From Bacteroidota bacterium (GTDB taxonomy: Bacteria > Bacteroidota > Bacteroidia > AKYH767-A > 2013-40CM-41-45): a stretch of DNA of 64,000 nt. The translations under genes and the position numbers were made by a program. Location: assembly GCA_043787975.1 (NCBI GenBank), contig JAYVUK010000071.1, positions 104,756 through 168,755 on the forward strand, written 5' to 3'. Below the pieces are notes generated by a model that had not been told where the DNA came from, ran no database searches, and was given only the letters and a program-made list of their open reading frames with translations. Shown here one piece after another: positions 47,300-58,200 of this stretch; the stretch's first letter is position 1, and each line of letters opens with the position of its first letter.

Positions 47300-49834
47300 T
47301 TATTTCTCGTTCCAGTCAACCTGCATCTCATCCTTCTTCTTTTTCTGAACCTGGGAAGATGGAGAATCTTTTTTCTTAGAACCGAATTCAGCGCTTAAAA
47401 GGTTTTTCAAATTTTGCTTTTCGGTTTTTATTTCAGTTTTTATTTTTTCGGCCACACCTTTCTTATCGTAACTGAATTTCGGATCATCCACAATTCCTTT
47501 CATGGTGAGGTACAATTTTGTTCTTCCCAGTCCATCATCTTCAACTTGTCCGAATTCCGTATTCTGATCTTTCATTTTTTTACCAAGCATGTCGCTGAGT
47601 AACAGTTGTAACTTGTAATCGATCATGTTGTCGAAATCATGCGTACCAGATCCTGTAAGGTTAAGCGCACTTGATTTGATTTCCATATCCGGAATAAAAA
47701 TTTTCCGGTTGGAGATTTTGATTTGATTTTTCAGTGTCGAAAAGTTGATGTGTTTTAAATCGGCAAGCTTTAAATATTTTGAAAGCGCAAGGATGGGTTT
47801 GAAATCATTCAGTTCGCCGTTATCGATGGTAATGTCGCATGTGGAAACAACACTTTTTGAATTGATGTCCAAATCAGTTGTCCACGATGATTTGAATTGA
47901 AGATTCGCGCTGATTTTCCCTTTCACATTTTTGTCGGTCAGGGTCGACTGATCAAAATTTTCCATCTCATAAAACAGTTGTGTAATGTCAAGCTTTGAAC
48001 AGGCTGCATTACAAGAAATAATCACACTGTCCTTTCGCGAAGCATTGATGGAAGCATCCATCATGACTGTTCCGTTCATCGAAGAAAAACTGAGATCTTT
48101 TCCTGCAATAACCTGGTTGGATAAATGAATTGCACCCTTCATTTGCGTAGCTGCAAATTTCCTGAAGTGAAGTTTCCCGATTTCAACATTCAGCCTGCAC
48201 ACCAGCCTCGGATTGAATTTCAACTTGTAAGTTGTATCGTTTTCAGCAGTTACAGATTTGTTGGTAAGTAACTCATCGAGATCAATAACAGAAGAAGTCA
48301 GTTTTGCATCCACCTCTGCTTCCTGACCGGCAATTAGCAGGTAGGTGAGAAAATTCCTAAACACTCCATTTAGTTGAAAATCACTGGAAGAGACACTTCC
48401 TTTCAATGAAGAAACATGTACGTTGTTATCATGTAAAGAAAAATTTCCGTTGATGTTTTTAAACTCCAACGGATTTCGTTTCAGCTTGAATGCAACATCT
48501 TTCAACACAATATCTCCGGATGCTTTTACCTTGTAAAGTGTATTGGAATTGTATCGTGGCAGGTCTTTTATTTTTCCTGCGAACGAAACATTCAGCCCAA
48601 GATCACCGGAAAGTGTTTCAAGTGTGTCGAGTTTCATGAAATGGTTCAGGTGACTCAGGTCAAGGTCCGTCACAGCATGAAGTGTAAGAAAAGGGTTGGT
48701 GAAATCTTCTATTTTAAGTTCAGCATGAATCGTTCTTCCGCCAAGTACCGCGCTGAGAGATGGAATTTCGAGGACATTTGTTTTTGCCGATGAATGATTG
48801 CGGAATGTTCCGGTCGCTACTAATTTTTCCAGCGTAACATCATTTGTTTTCGGAGAAATTTTTCCGTCTTTGATGGAGAAATTGATGGCAACATCCGGAA
48901 TATGGGTTGCATCTTCATTGCCTTTAATGTTGATGGTGAGCGATACTTTTCCTTTCGTTACAAAATTCGTTGCAAAAGATTTTCTGTAGACAACTGGTAA
49001 CGCAGTCATGAACGATTCGATCTTCGCTTCATGGGCATCAATCGTTAAGCCGAGACGGGTTGTTTTTGGTAATGAAATCACATTTCCTTTTATTTCAAAT
49101 GCAAGATCATTCATTCGAACCTGGCTCTTGTCGAATGTATATTCGTTGGTTTTGTTATTGACTTTTAACTCAGAGTTAACCCGGATTTCTTTTTCAGAAA
49201 CATAGTTGGTAGGTCCCACTAAGAAATGGTTAACCAATAAGTTCGCTTTTGTCTTCAAAACAAATTCATCTCCTGAAAATTTTCCTGACAACTCTGCATC
49301 TTTTGCGTTGAGAAGATAATCCTGGTCGTTGCGCAGATCAACATAGCTCACTTGTACATGATCCAATACAATTTTTTTCAGGTCGATAACAGAAGCAGAA
49401 CCTGAATCAGCAGTTGATTTCCAGAAATGATAATTGTTTTTTCCGGAGGCATCAATTCTCACATTCAGTTTTCCGTCTTTCACAACAATTTTCCGTACAG
49501 CAATGTCTTTGTCAAAAATGGTTGTTATGTTGAAGAGCAATGAAACATGTTCAGCATACAGCAAGGTGTCTTTTTCTTTTTTATCAGTTACCTCTTTTGC
49601 GGTTACGTATTTCATATCCACGGATGCATACGGAAAATGACGAAGCACTGAAAAATTGAATTGGCTGATGTTGATTTCTGTATTTACATTTTTATTGATC
49701 TCGTCAAGCATCATGCGTTTTATTTCGTCTCCGTAAAATGCACTGATGATGACTCCAAGCAACAAAAAAGATAAAACAACAATGCCTGAAATTTTCAGCA
49801 TACGTTTCAGTAAATTGATAACCGACTTGCTCAT
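47300..49834 (-). CDS. AsmA-family protein
   Basis: N-terminal TM anchor then about 800 aa of beta-rich repetitive sequence. Lys-rich C-terminus. Confidence 0.65.
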   Translation of the reverse strand: MSKSVINLLKRMLKISGIVVLSFLLLGVIISAFYGDEIKRMMLDEINKNVNTEINISQFNFSVLRHFPYASVDMKYVTAKEVTDKKEKDTLLYAEHVSLLFNITTIFDKDIAVRKIVVKDGKLNVRIDASGKNNYHFWKSTADSGSASVIDLKKIVLDHVQVSYVDLRNDQDYLLNAKDAELSGKFSGDEFVLKTKANLLVNHFLVGPTNYVSEKEIRVNSELKVNNKTNEYTFDKSQVRMNDLAFEIKGNVISLPKTTRLGLTIDAHEAKIESFMTALPVVYRKSFATNFVTKGKVSLTINIKGNEDATHIPDVAINFSIKDGKISPKTNDVTLEKLVATGTFRNHSSAKTNVLEIPSLSAVLGGRTIHAELKIEDFTNPFLTLHAVTDLDLSHLNHFMKLDTLETLSGDLGLNVSFAGKIKDLPRYNSNTLYKVKASGDIVLKDVAFKLKRNPLEFKNINGNFSLHDNNVHVSSLKGSVSSSDFQLNGVFRNFLTYLLIAGQEAEVDAKLTSSVIDLDELLTNKSVTAENDTTYKLKFNPRLVCRLNVEIGKLHFRKFAATQMKGAIHLSNQVIAGKDLSFSSMNGTVMMDASINASRKDSVIISCNAACSKLDITQLFYEMENFDQSTLTDKNVKGKISANLQFKSSWTTDLDINSKSVVSTCDITIDNGELNDFKPILALSKYLKLADLKHINFSTLKNQIKISNRKIFIPDMEIKSSALNLTGSGTHDFDNMIDYKLQLLLSDMLGKKMKDQNTEFGQVEDDGLGRTKLYLTMKGIVDDPKFSYDKKGVAEKIKTEIKTEKQNLKNLLSAEFGSKKKDSPSSQVQKKKKDEMQVDWNEK

Positions 49835-49999
49835 TTGATGTGTTTAACGAAACCCCGGAGATGGAAATTTTGTTTGGGTAAGAAAATGTATGAGATTGAT
49901 ACGGCAAAAAGGAATATTTGTTAGCGGGTGAATAGAATTTTTGCCGGCTATTTTGGGAGCAACTCATCCTTGAAAAACAATTCCTACTATTGCCTTGAA

Positions 50000-50125
50000 A
50001 TGAAACGTCTGAAGGAGTTGATCCAATATCTTTACCGGAATTATAAAGACTATTTCCCGGCAGATTTATGGGCTTTACTCATCATGATTCTCATGTTTAT
50101 CCTTGCTTTTATCTTTCTTACCTGA
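50000..50125 (+). CDS. possible 41-aa tail-anchored membrane mini-protein
   Basis: ATG ORF MKRLKELIQYLYRNYKDYFPADLWALLIMILMFILAFIFLT. Amphipathic N-terminus plus one TM. No homology evidence. Confidence 0.25.
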   Translation: MKRLKELIQYLYRNYKDYFPADLWALLIMILMFILAFIFLT

Positions 50126-50181
50126 ACGATATTTCTGCAGGTTCGTGTTTTGGTGTGCAAAGCAGTTTTACTTTGGTAAAT

Positions 50182-50317
50182 GGATTCCTCACTTTGTTCG
50201 GAATGACAATATTTGCTAATGCAGAAATGGAGAGAAAAGAAGGGCGCAAAGCGCCCTTCTTTTCTCTCCCACTCAAACCCAAAACTATCTCTGTCATTCC
50301 GAACGAAGTGAGGAATC
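50182..50317. repeat. GGAATGACA-type composite palindromic element with inner 19-bp hairpin
   Basis: Arms ggattcctcactttgttcggaatgaca / tgtcattccgaacgaagtgaggaatc. Inner ggagagaaaagaagggcgc-aaa-gcgcccttcttttctctcc at 50229-50269. Confidence 0.8.
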
Positions 50318-50388
50318 TTACACAGCTTATTTCAGGATGACAATTGGTCGGGCACCAATATAAAGGAGATCAAAAAAAACATTTTCAC

Positions 50389-50417
50389 AAAAAAACCTCG
50401 CCGGAAAGCGAGGTTTT
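50389..50417 (-). terminator. intrinsic terminator of the superoxide dismutase gene
   Basis: Stem acctcgc/gcgaggt, 6-nt loop, followed on the minus strand by T7. Confidence 0.8.
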
Positions 50418-50437
50418 AAGATAAAAGTGCTGAATTA

Positions 50438-51043
50438 TTATTTCGCAGCGGAAAATCTTTTTCCAACTTCATCCCAGTTTACAACATTCCACCAGGCTGT
50501 AATGTAATCAGGTCTGCGGTTCTGGTAGTTTAAGTAGTAAGCATGTTCCCATACATCAAGACCAAGCAGCGGAGTTCCTTTTACATCAGAAATATCCATT
50601 AACGGATTGTCCTGGTTCGGGGTCGAACCAATGGCAAGTTTGCCGTCATTCATCACCAACCAGGCCCATCCGCTGCCGAAGCGTGTGGTTCCTGCTGCAG
50701 CAAATTTACTTTTGAACTCATCGAAATTTCCAAACGAAGAGGAGATGGCATCGGCAAGAACTCCTGCCGGGGCTTTGCTTCCTCCCGGCGTCATTAGTGT
50801 CCAGAATAAAGAATGGTTGTAATGGCCGCCGCCGTTGTTGCGAACCGGTGGACCGTACTTTGAAATGTTCTTGCAAAGATCTTCGATGCTCATTTTATCA
50901 GCATCGGTAGTTGCAATGGCTGCATTGAGGTTGGTTACGTATGCAGTATGATGTTTCCCATGATGAATTTCCATGGTGCGTGCATCAATATGAGGTTCCA
51001 ATGCATTGAATGCATACGGAAGTGGAGGAAGTTGAAATGCCAT
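50438..51043 (-). CDS. sodA: Fe/Mn superoxide dismutase (metal specificity not determinable here)
   Basis: [14 protein letters not shown] and a full-length Fe/Mn-SOD pattern. Confidence 0.95.
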   Translation of the reverse strand: MAFQLPPLPYAFNALEPHIDARTMEIHHGKHHTAYVTNLNAAIATTDADKMSIEDLCKNISKYGPPVRNNGGGHYNHSLFWTLMTPGGSKAPAGVLADAISSSFGNFDEFKSKFAAAGTTRFGSGWAWLVMNDGKLAIGSTPNQDNPLMDISDVKGTPLLGLDVWEHAYYLNYQNRRPDYITAWWNVVNWDEVGKRFSAAK

Positions 51044-51087
51044 GATGTTAGTAGATTAAGAAGTTAGAGAATGATTATAAGTGACAA

Positions 51088-51095
51088 CAAAATTA
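51088..51095 (-). promoter_or_regulatory. candidate -7 box (TAATTTTG)
   Basis: TAnnTTTG on the minus strand 44 nt upstream of the sod start. Confidence 0.35.
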
Positions 51096-51114
51096 CAAAT
51101 TAAATAGTTGCTGC

Positions 51115-52734
51115 TTACTTCGATGCCACTTCGTGCCGGCCAATCATCAGCAGTGCTTTTTTTAATGTAACATCCGCCTGGTGAATGACAGGGTAGAAGC
51201 CATCGTTTTTCCAGATCTGTCGTGCGATCAGCGCTTTCAATTGGATGCGAATGATGGATGAAGAAATTTTTTCACCCTTTTCATCTTTCGCAACTCCATT
51301 CTTCAGCGTATAGTTTTCGAACTCACGATAGAGCTCATCGTTTACTGAAAATTTTTTGTTAAACTCTTCAAATGATTTATATTTTTCAAATGATTTACGG
51401 TTCTGGTCGAGGTAGCTGTATGCAAACTCCGTCACCAATCCTTTGCTGCTGGCATTTGTATAGAATTGCGAACCTCCTGTTGTATCAAGCGGTACAAACA
51501 CATCGGGCATAATGCCTCCACCACCATAAACAATTTTTCCGGCGGGAGTTTTATATTTCAATGAATCCGTAAAGTGAATGCTGTCGGTATTTTCAAACTC
51601 ACCTTTTTTCATCCGGTCCATCAATTCATTCTGGTATTCTTCAAAGCCATCGAGATAAGGTTTCTGAATACATCTTCCCGTTGGTGTATAATAGCGCGCA
51701 ATTGTCAGGCGAATAGCAGAACCATCAGGAAAATTACTTTGCTCTTGTACGAGCCCTTTGCCGAACGATCTTCTTCCGATAATGGTTGCCCGGTCCTGGT
51801 CCTGCAAAGCACCGGCAACAATTTCACTGGCGGACGCGCTGCCTTCATCAACCAACACCACCAAAGCTCCTTCTTCAAAAAATCCGCGTGAGGTTGCATT
51901 GTAGGTTTCACGCGGACGCGAACGACCTTCCGTGTACACAATCAATTTTTTATCAGGAAGAAATTCATCGGCGATCTGGATGGCTGTTCGCAAATAACCA
52001 CCGGGATTTCCACGGAGATCAAGGACGAGATTTTTCATGCCGAGTTTTTTCAGCTTCATGAATCCATCGATGTACTCATCGTAGGTACGTTCGGCGAAAT
52101 GACTGACCTTGATGTAACCTGTGTTGGCGTCGAGCATGTACGACACATCCACGCTGTAAATCGGAATTTTACCACGCGTGATCGTGTAGTCAATGAGCTT
52201 TTCATTCCCTCTTCTTAAAATGCTCACGTTTACTTTGCTTCCGCTTGCTCCGCGAAGCGATTGAGTAACCTGCAGGTTCGTGATGTTGATGCCCGCGACA
52301 TTTTTTCCATCCACTTTTACAATACGATCACCGGAACGGATGCCGAGCTGTTCCGACGGTCCGCCCGCAATTGCAGATACAACCATGATGGTATCACTCT
52401 GCACATGAAATTCAATGCCGATGCCTTCAAAGTTTCCTTCCAGCGGTTCGTTCATCGCCTGGAGCTCGTCGGCAGGAATGTAAGCAGAATGCGGATCGAG
52501 GGTATGCAGCATCCCTTCAATGGTATTTTCCACCAGCTTCTTTTGATTCACCGTATCAACATATTCCTGGTTGATGTAATTCACCACATCGTTGATCTTG
52601 TTGAACTGGTTTGTCCTGAGAGAGAAAATATTGCCCGCGTTATTGAACGGGGCTTTCATTTTCATACCGACATAAATTCCGACAACAAGCACGCTTGCAA
52701 AAAGAAACGGCAACCAGGCTTTATATTTATTCAC
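51115..52734 (-). CDS. S41 family carboxy-terminal processing peptidase
   Basis: N-terminal TM, PDZ region, catalytic GSASASEI and downstream Lys region (SFGKG). Confidence 0.9.
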   Translation of the reverse strand: MNKYKAWLPFLFASVLVVGIYVGMKMKAPFNNAGNIFSLRTNQFNKINDVVNYINQEYVDTVNQKKLVENTIEGMLHTLDPHSAYIPADELQAMNEPLEGNFEGIGIEFHVQSDTIMVVSAIAGGPSEQLGIRSGDRIVKVDGKNVAGINITNLQVTQSLRGASGSKVNVSILRRGNEKLIDYTITRGKIPIYSVDVSYMLDANTGYIKVSHFAERTYDEYIDGFMKLKKLGMKNLVLDLRGNPGGYLRTAIQIADEFLPDKKLIVYTEGRSRPRETYNATSRGFFEEGALVVLVDEGSASASEIVAGALQDQDRATIIGRRSFGKGLVQEQSNFPDGSAIRLTIARYYTPTGRCIQKPYLDGFEEYQNELMDRMKKGEFENTDSIHFTDSLKYKTPAGKIVYGGGGIMPDVFVPLDTTGGSQFYTNASSKGLVTEFAYSYLDQNRKSFEKYKSFEEFNKKFSVNDELYREFENYTLKNGVAKDEKGEKISSSIIRIQLKALIARQIWKNDGFYPVIHQADVTLKKALLMIGRHEVASK

Positions 52735-52799
52735 CAGATTTTTTTTTGATTATCTATGTACTAAGGAAGCAGGAAAAGGTTTCCCGGATTCAAAACAAT

Positions 52800-53276
52800 C
52801 TACAGAACGGCTGCTTCTTTGTTAAATTGGAATTGTTCGACATCAACTCCGAATTTTTTTAAGAAGTCAACACCTTCATCGGCAGGAATACCTTTGTACT
52901 GTGCGTATGAATTGAGGTAATACACTTTTTTAATACCTAATGTGTAGATCACGCGGGCGCAGGCAAGACACGGAGAGAGCGTCACATACAGTGTACATCC
53001 CTCAATGGCTACATTGTTTTTAGATGCATACAAGATTGCATTCTGTTCTGCATGAAGCGCAAGCGAACAACTTCCTTTGCTGTCGCGCGGACAACCTGTT
53101 TGCGGCCACTCTTCATCGCAATTATTGGTACCTGCGGGAGGACCGTTGTAGCCCAATGAAACAATGCGGGTATCCTTGGTAAGTACTGCTCCCACTTTTA
53201 TTTTTACGCAATGCGATTTTGGAGCAAGATTTTGCGCCAGTTCCATATATATTTCATCAAAACTCGGACGGTGCAT
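52800..53276 (-). CDS. dCMP deaminase (ComEB-type)
   Basis: Zinc motifs HAEQNA and PCLACA. Confidence 0.85.
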   Translation of the reverse strand: MHRPSFDEIYMELAQNLAPKSHCVKIKVGAVLTKDTRIVSLGYNGPPAGTNNCDEEWPQTGCPRDSKGSCSLALHAEQNAILYASKNNVAIEGCTLYVTLSPCLACARVIYTLGIKKVYYLNSYAQYKGIPADEGVDFLKKFGVDVEQFQFNKEAAVL

Positions 53277-53402
53277 ACAGTTAATTTGCGTGCAAAGATA
53301 CTATGATAAAAGGAATCATAGGTGGAGGATAAAAGGAAAGATGATGGTTTGGAAAATTCGAAGCCTGTTTGAACAGGCTGAAAAAAATAGTTGCTTTTTG
53401 AA

Positions 53403-53588
53403 TTAAGAAAGCTTTCTGAATACGTCAATCACAATGTTGTAATAAGCGGCAAACGTAGCCACGCACCAAATCTTTAATAATCGTTTTTCATCCTTCTTTA
53501 AAAATCGTACGGCTTTGGTAAGTTCTTTTCTGAAAAGGGTTTTATCAAAACTAACCTTGGTAAGAATCTGCTTAGTGTATTCGAACAT
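53403..53588 (-). CDS. small hypothetical protein (61 aa)
   Basis: ATG ORF in the same direction as its neighbours. Basic helical N-terminus and hydrophobic C-terminal helix. No function assignable. Confidence 0.4.
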   Translation of the reverse strand: MFEYTKQILTKVSFDKTLFRKELTKAVRFLKKDEKRLLKIWCVATFAAYYNIVIDVFRKLS

Positions 53589-53701
53589 ATTTTTAAGGTT
53601 TTAGTTTTTGGAAGTGCTAAAGTAACATTCCTCCAAACGCGTGTCAAGAGAAATTATTGCATGCCTTACATCCTTTTTCAACCGTTTAATTTTCAATCCC
53701 T

Positions 53702-54265
53702 TTATTTTTCATTCCAGCGAAAAGAATCCTGTTTCAGCCCTGCCAGGTCAATGACACGGTCAACAACGGTTGCTGCAAGTTGCTCAATGGTGGCTGGTTT
53801 TGAATAGTAGGAGGGTGAAGCAGGACAAATAATTCCACCGGCTTCGCTCACTGTTTTCATGTTGTTGATATGAATGAGACTCAGTGGTGTATCACGCAAA
53901 ACAAGGATGAGTTTTCGCCTCTCTTTGAGAACTACATCAGCAGCCCGTGAAATGAGATCGTTTGAAATTCCTGAAGCAATACGCGCGAGGGTTCCCATGG
54001 AGCAGGGGCAAATAATCATGGTATTGTATCGCGCAGAGCCGGAGGCAAAGGGAGCAAAGAAATCGTCCCGTTTGTATATGCGAAAAGGAATTTTTTCGTA
54101 ATCAGAATTGCTTAACTCATATTTCCAGACAGCTTGTGCATTGTCGGACATCACGATTCCAACATCGTCTATTTGCTCGCTAAGAAGGGTAAGTTTTTCA
54201 ACGAGGAGTTTCGCATAGATGGCACCGCTCGCACCAGTAATTCCTACAATAATTTTGTGCTTCAT
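53702..54265 (-). CDS. ubiX: flavin prenyltransferase UbiX
   Basis: GITGASGAIYA N-terminus and flavoprotein fold, 187 aa. Confidence 0.9.
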   Translation of the reverse strand: MKHKIIVGITGASGAIYAKLLVEKLTLLSEQIDDVGIVMSDNAQAVWKYELSNSDYEKIPFRIYKRDDFFAPFASGSARYNTMIICPCSMGTLARIASGISNDLISRAADVVLKERRKLILVLRDTPLSLIHINNMKTVSEAGGIICPASPSYYSKPATIEQLAATVVDRVIDLAGLKQDSFRWNEK

Positions 54266-54291
54266 AAGTATCGAAAGTTAGCAAGAAAAAT

Positions 54292-54693
54292 TTAAGTCGA
54301 GGAGGAGTCTCTAACGGTACTTTTTTTTCGGATAAAATAAAAACTCCACATCCCGATAAAAGCGCCCAGTGAATTTGCGAGTGCGTCAAACACATCACCG
54401 TTGCGGTCGATGAAAATATATTCCTGCAAAAACTCTATCAAAATTCCATAGCAGATACTGAAAATAATCGCCCATAGTTTTGGACTGGCCTTGAAAAAAG
54501 TGACGGATTCCTGTTTCGTAAATCCGCGGATGAGCAGGAAACACAATGTTGCATACACAAAAAGATGCACCAGTTTATCGGGTTTCAACCACTGCAAAAA
54601 ATCTACACGAGGAAGCCGGTGACCCGGAATTCCGCAAATGATCAGGATGAAAAGCGCCCAAAGAAAAGCGGGGAGCAGGGATTTGAAAAACAT
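54292..54693 (-). CDS. VanZ-family membrane protein
   Basis: Four TM helices. Start moved to the ATG at 54693 (MFFKSLLPAFLW) to avoid overlap with gcvH. Confidence 0.65.
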   Translation of the reverse strand: MFFKSLLPAFLWALFILIICGIPGHRLPRVDFLQWLKPDKLVHLFVYATLCFLLIRGFTKQESVTFFKASPKLWAIIFSICYGILIEFLQEYIFIDRNGDVFDALANSLGAFIGMWSFYFIRKKSTVRDSSST

Positions 54694-54706
54694 TTTTTGG
54701 AACGGG

Positions 54707-55087
54707 TTACACGCCAACCATCTTCCGGTAGTCAGCCGCAGAAAGAAGCGAATCAATGGCTGATACATCAGCAGGTTCAATACGTATCATCCAGCCTTCT
54801 CCGTAAGGATCTTTATTTACTACAGCAGGGTTGGTGACAAGATTTTTATTCACGGAAAGAACTTTCGCTGCGACAGGCATAAAAAGATCGGACACTGTTT
54901 TTACGGCTTCCACAGTTCCGAACACCGCTTCTGCTTCCAATGTTTCGCCGGCTGTTTCAATGTCAACATACACGATGTCGCCCAATTCACTTTGAGCGAA
55001 TTCCGTGATGCCGATCACTGCTTCGTTGCCTTCGACTTTAACCCATTCATGGTCTTTTGTATACCGGAGATTATCAGGAAAATTCAT
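54707..55087 (-). CDS. gcvH: glycine cleavage system H protein
   Basis: YTKDHEWV and the lipoyl-lysine motif VEAVKTVSD. Start set at the ATG at 55087. Confidence 0.93.
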   Translation of the reverse strand: MNFPDNLRYTKDHEWVKVEGNEAVIGITEFAQSELGDIVYVDIETAGETLEAEAVFGTVEAVKTVSDLFMPVAAKVLSVNKNLVTNPAVVNKDPYGEGWMIRIEPADVSAIDSLLSAADYRKMVGV

Positions 55088-55167
55088 ACGATTAAATTTT
55101 GGTTCAAATATACATGATTCAATGAAACACAAACGACCTGTTGTTTATTGCGCAATGGGTTCGTTTG

Positions 55168-55224
55168 AATTATTGAGATTCCTCGCTTCGTTCATTCCGA
55201 GCGAAGCGAGGAATCTCAATAATT
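55168..55224. repeat. GGAATGACA-type hairpin (23-bp perfect stem)
   Basis: aattattgagattcctcgcttcg / cgaagcgaggaatctcaataatt, loop ttcattccgag. Lies between the sprA stop and the gcvH start. Confidence 0.8.
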
Positions 55225-55243
55225 TAAAATGAACTAGTACGGA

Positions 55244-58200
55244 TTATTGAGCTAATGTAAACCGCAAGCTGAATCCGGCATTTACATTTGAGTTCGGGTA
55301 GGAAGAGGAAACAAACGGCTCGTTACCTGTGTAATCGTAAAAGGCTTTTATGTTGAAGCGTTCGTTGATGGCGTAATCAGCAGAAAATTTATAGGAAAGC
55401 GTTTTTGTTCCTGCACTTGGCTGATTTGTTCTTTCAATTAATTTACGAAGAATGGTTCGGCTATCGCGTAAGCTGAAATCCGCTCTCAGGTTTAAATCGT
55501 TTGATAACTTTTTCTTTCCTCCGGCAGTTCGGACAAACGGTAAAGTGAATTTTTTGATTTTATAACCGAGGCCGATCGTATATTCAGTTCCCCTGATTTC
55601 TGTGACCTGGATGTTTGAATAAGCAAAGGATAACGTACGGTCGCGTTTGTATTCAAAGCGTGTCTGCAAACTGTTTTTCCAGACCATTTCAATTCCCAGC
55701 AAAGGCGCGAATTGCTCGGTGATGGTAACTTGTGAAATGGTGTATTGAGGAATAAAGTTATGAATGGTGTCTGCCGTGGCTGAGAAGTTACTATTCCTAC
55801 TGTAATCCTGGTTCAGCAGAAATGAATTCACATTGTAAGAAGAACGGTAGCCGTGCGTAAGACTAACCGATTGAAAATATTTTTGCGCCCATTTCATTTT
55901 GGAAAGACCTTTATAATCTAATCTCCAATTTGGCAACGGAGTTTTTGGGAACGTATTGGTGAGTGATGCAGATGGTGTTTTGCCGGAATATGCAGCAAGA
56001 AAAGCATACGTCAACACTTCCTGTTGTGTAGCGCCGTATCCTATATTGTAACCGGCCGAATCCAATGGTCCGTTTGCATAATTATAATTGGGAACTAGAT
56101 TAGGATTTTGTGCAGCCAAAATATGCGAGAATTCTTTTCTGTAAGCACTGAAATTTTTAAAGTTTGCATTGCTGTAGTCAGGCTGGTCAGGGACAAAAGC
56201 TGTATTGATTGTAAGGTAAGACATGCTGAAGTTTCCTGTTTCAGTCGGGCTAAAACTTACAAAGTCATGATTCGGTACACTATACCTGTAATATTCACTG
56301 TGCGAAATTGAGTAATTCCTCGTTGCTGTTACTTCAATTTTGAAATCTTTAAACGGCTCAATGGTCGCTCTTCCACTAAAGTTTCGTAACAATGTGTTCG
56401 TGAATTGTGTATTCAGTGTCGTGTCCGTTGTCAGCCATTGGTTATTTGCTGCCGTAGTTAAAATGGTAACCCGATCCTGTTGCAGACCCGAAACATATCC
56501 CCAGCCCGGCGCAGTGGAATTCGGAGAACCGACTCCGCTATTCGGAAAATGATAGTTGAAATCATTTCCGAGAAAATCAGGTCTTCCATAAAAACCGGGA
56601 AGTGATGTACCTTCCGTTTCAGTGTACGAGAATGAAACCGTTTTTAAACTCATCAACACATTCGCGAAACCTTTAAAGATGGGTTCAAACGCATTGGGCG
56701 TTTTTTTTATGGTTGAATCTTTTACAGCGCCCGGAGCCGGTTTGGGCTGTTTTGATTTGTCGGGTTTCGGTTTGTTTGCTTCCTGGTTTATCTTTTTGAA
56801 ATAAGGAATCTTATTGTACAACGTAATCATGTTGAAACTAGGATTGATGGTTATGCTCCGCGAATTCTGAATGTTATTTCCAACGCCCGGATTCACAACG
56901 GACTGATGTGTAATTGAGTCGATACTCAATGGTCCCGCCACCCAAGTATAATCACCCATGTAAGAAACATTCGCAGTAATCCAGTCTGTAATCGGAAGTT
57001 TACTCAGCGGAACATTGTATGTCACTCGTGCGCCGTGATGATAAGTTTTCAGGCGGCCCAGCTCTAATATATGTCGAATGATCGTATCACCTTTGTCACC
57101 ATCAATTTTGCCAAGCGGTTCATCAATGGCAGCTTCTGCAAGGGCATCAAAATCAAACTTGAGTGATTTTGTGAAATCATATTTCAACCCGTACTTACGC
57201 CTCATCATGTATGTTTTTGCATAGGTTGTTTCAACCGGAAATCCAAGTCCGCTGTTATCACGAACAGTAGTTTCAGAGTAGGTTCGGTCAAGGCTTGCGA
57301 GAAACGATAACTGATTCGGAGAAGTATAAAAATTAAAATCCTTCACCAACTTCAGCAAGGGCGAATTGAGCGACTTCACTTTTGCAAAAGGTGTAACGGG
57401 TTTAGGAGATGCGTTAAAGTTATAACCCAAAGAAGCCTGGTGTGTTTTTGCAAAACTTCTTGAGACATCCTGGTTGCGTTGGTATTGTTCGGTGTAGGCA
57501 TACGAGAAGTTCAGGTTCTCTACATCGTACACATGCGATTTTCTGTTCGCCCCGACCTTGCTCTTTTTTACATTGGTGAAATTGATGCTTTTTCGTTCGG
57601 TGTAATCTTGCGCGTTCTTTTTTATCACATCTTGTGCTGTAGCATCTGGAGCAGCATTTAAAGCCTGTGTCAGCAATACATCAGGATCTAACGGGTTGTA
57701 TTGAGGTGTGATGACTGTTTCAGAATACCCGAAGAACATCGGAATTTTAATACCGGTTTTTTCCGGAAGAAATTTTCCCAACTCCAACGAGGTGGAAAAA
57801 TCGTAGGAGCTTTTATCAAATTTATCCCGCTCGCTTACTCTCTTTTCAATACTTCCCCATCCGGCAGTGCTATGAAATCCTGCCAACGTCATGGTTCCGA
57901 GATCTGCAAGTTTGGTTGTCATACGTGCTGTTGCAGCCCATCCTCCCTGCTCATCAAAATCGGACAAACGCAATTCGTTTACCCAAATTTCGCCGCATCG
58001 TTTCGGTCCTGAACCGGGTGTTGCTGATTGCGGATTTCGGATACCGATCATAATCGCGCGCACATTACTCAGGTTGGGAGTTCCTTTGATAGTAATTCGT
58101 GTTCCGGGAACATGGTAATCAGCAACTAAGGAAGTAACTCCTGCAGCGATTGCATTGTTTCGCGTAAGCTTTGCATTTACGAGATCATCCAGTGAAATCT

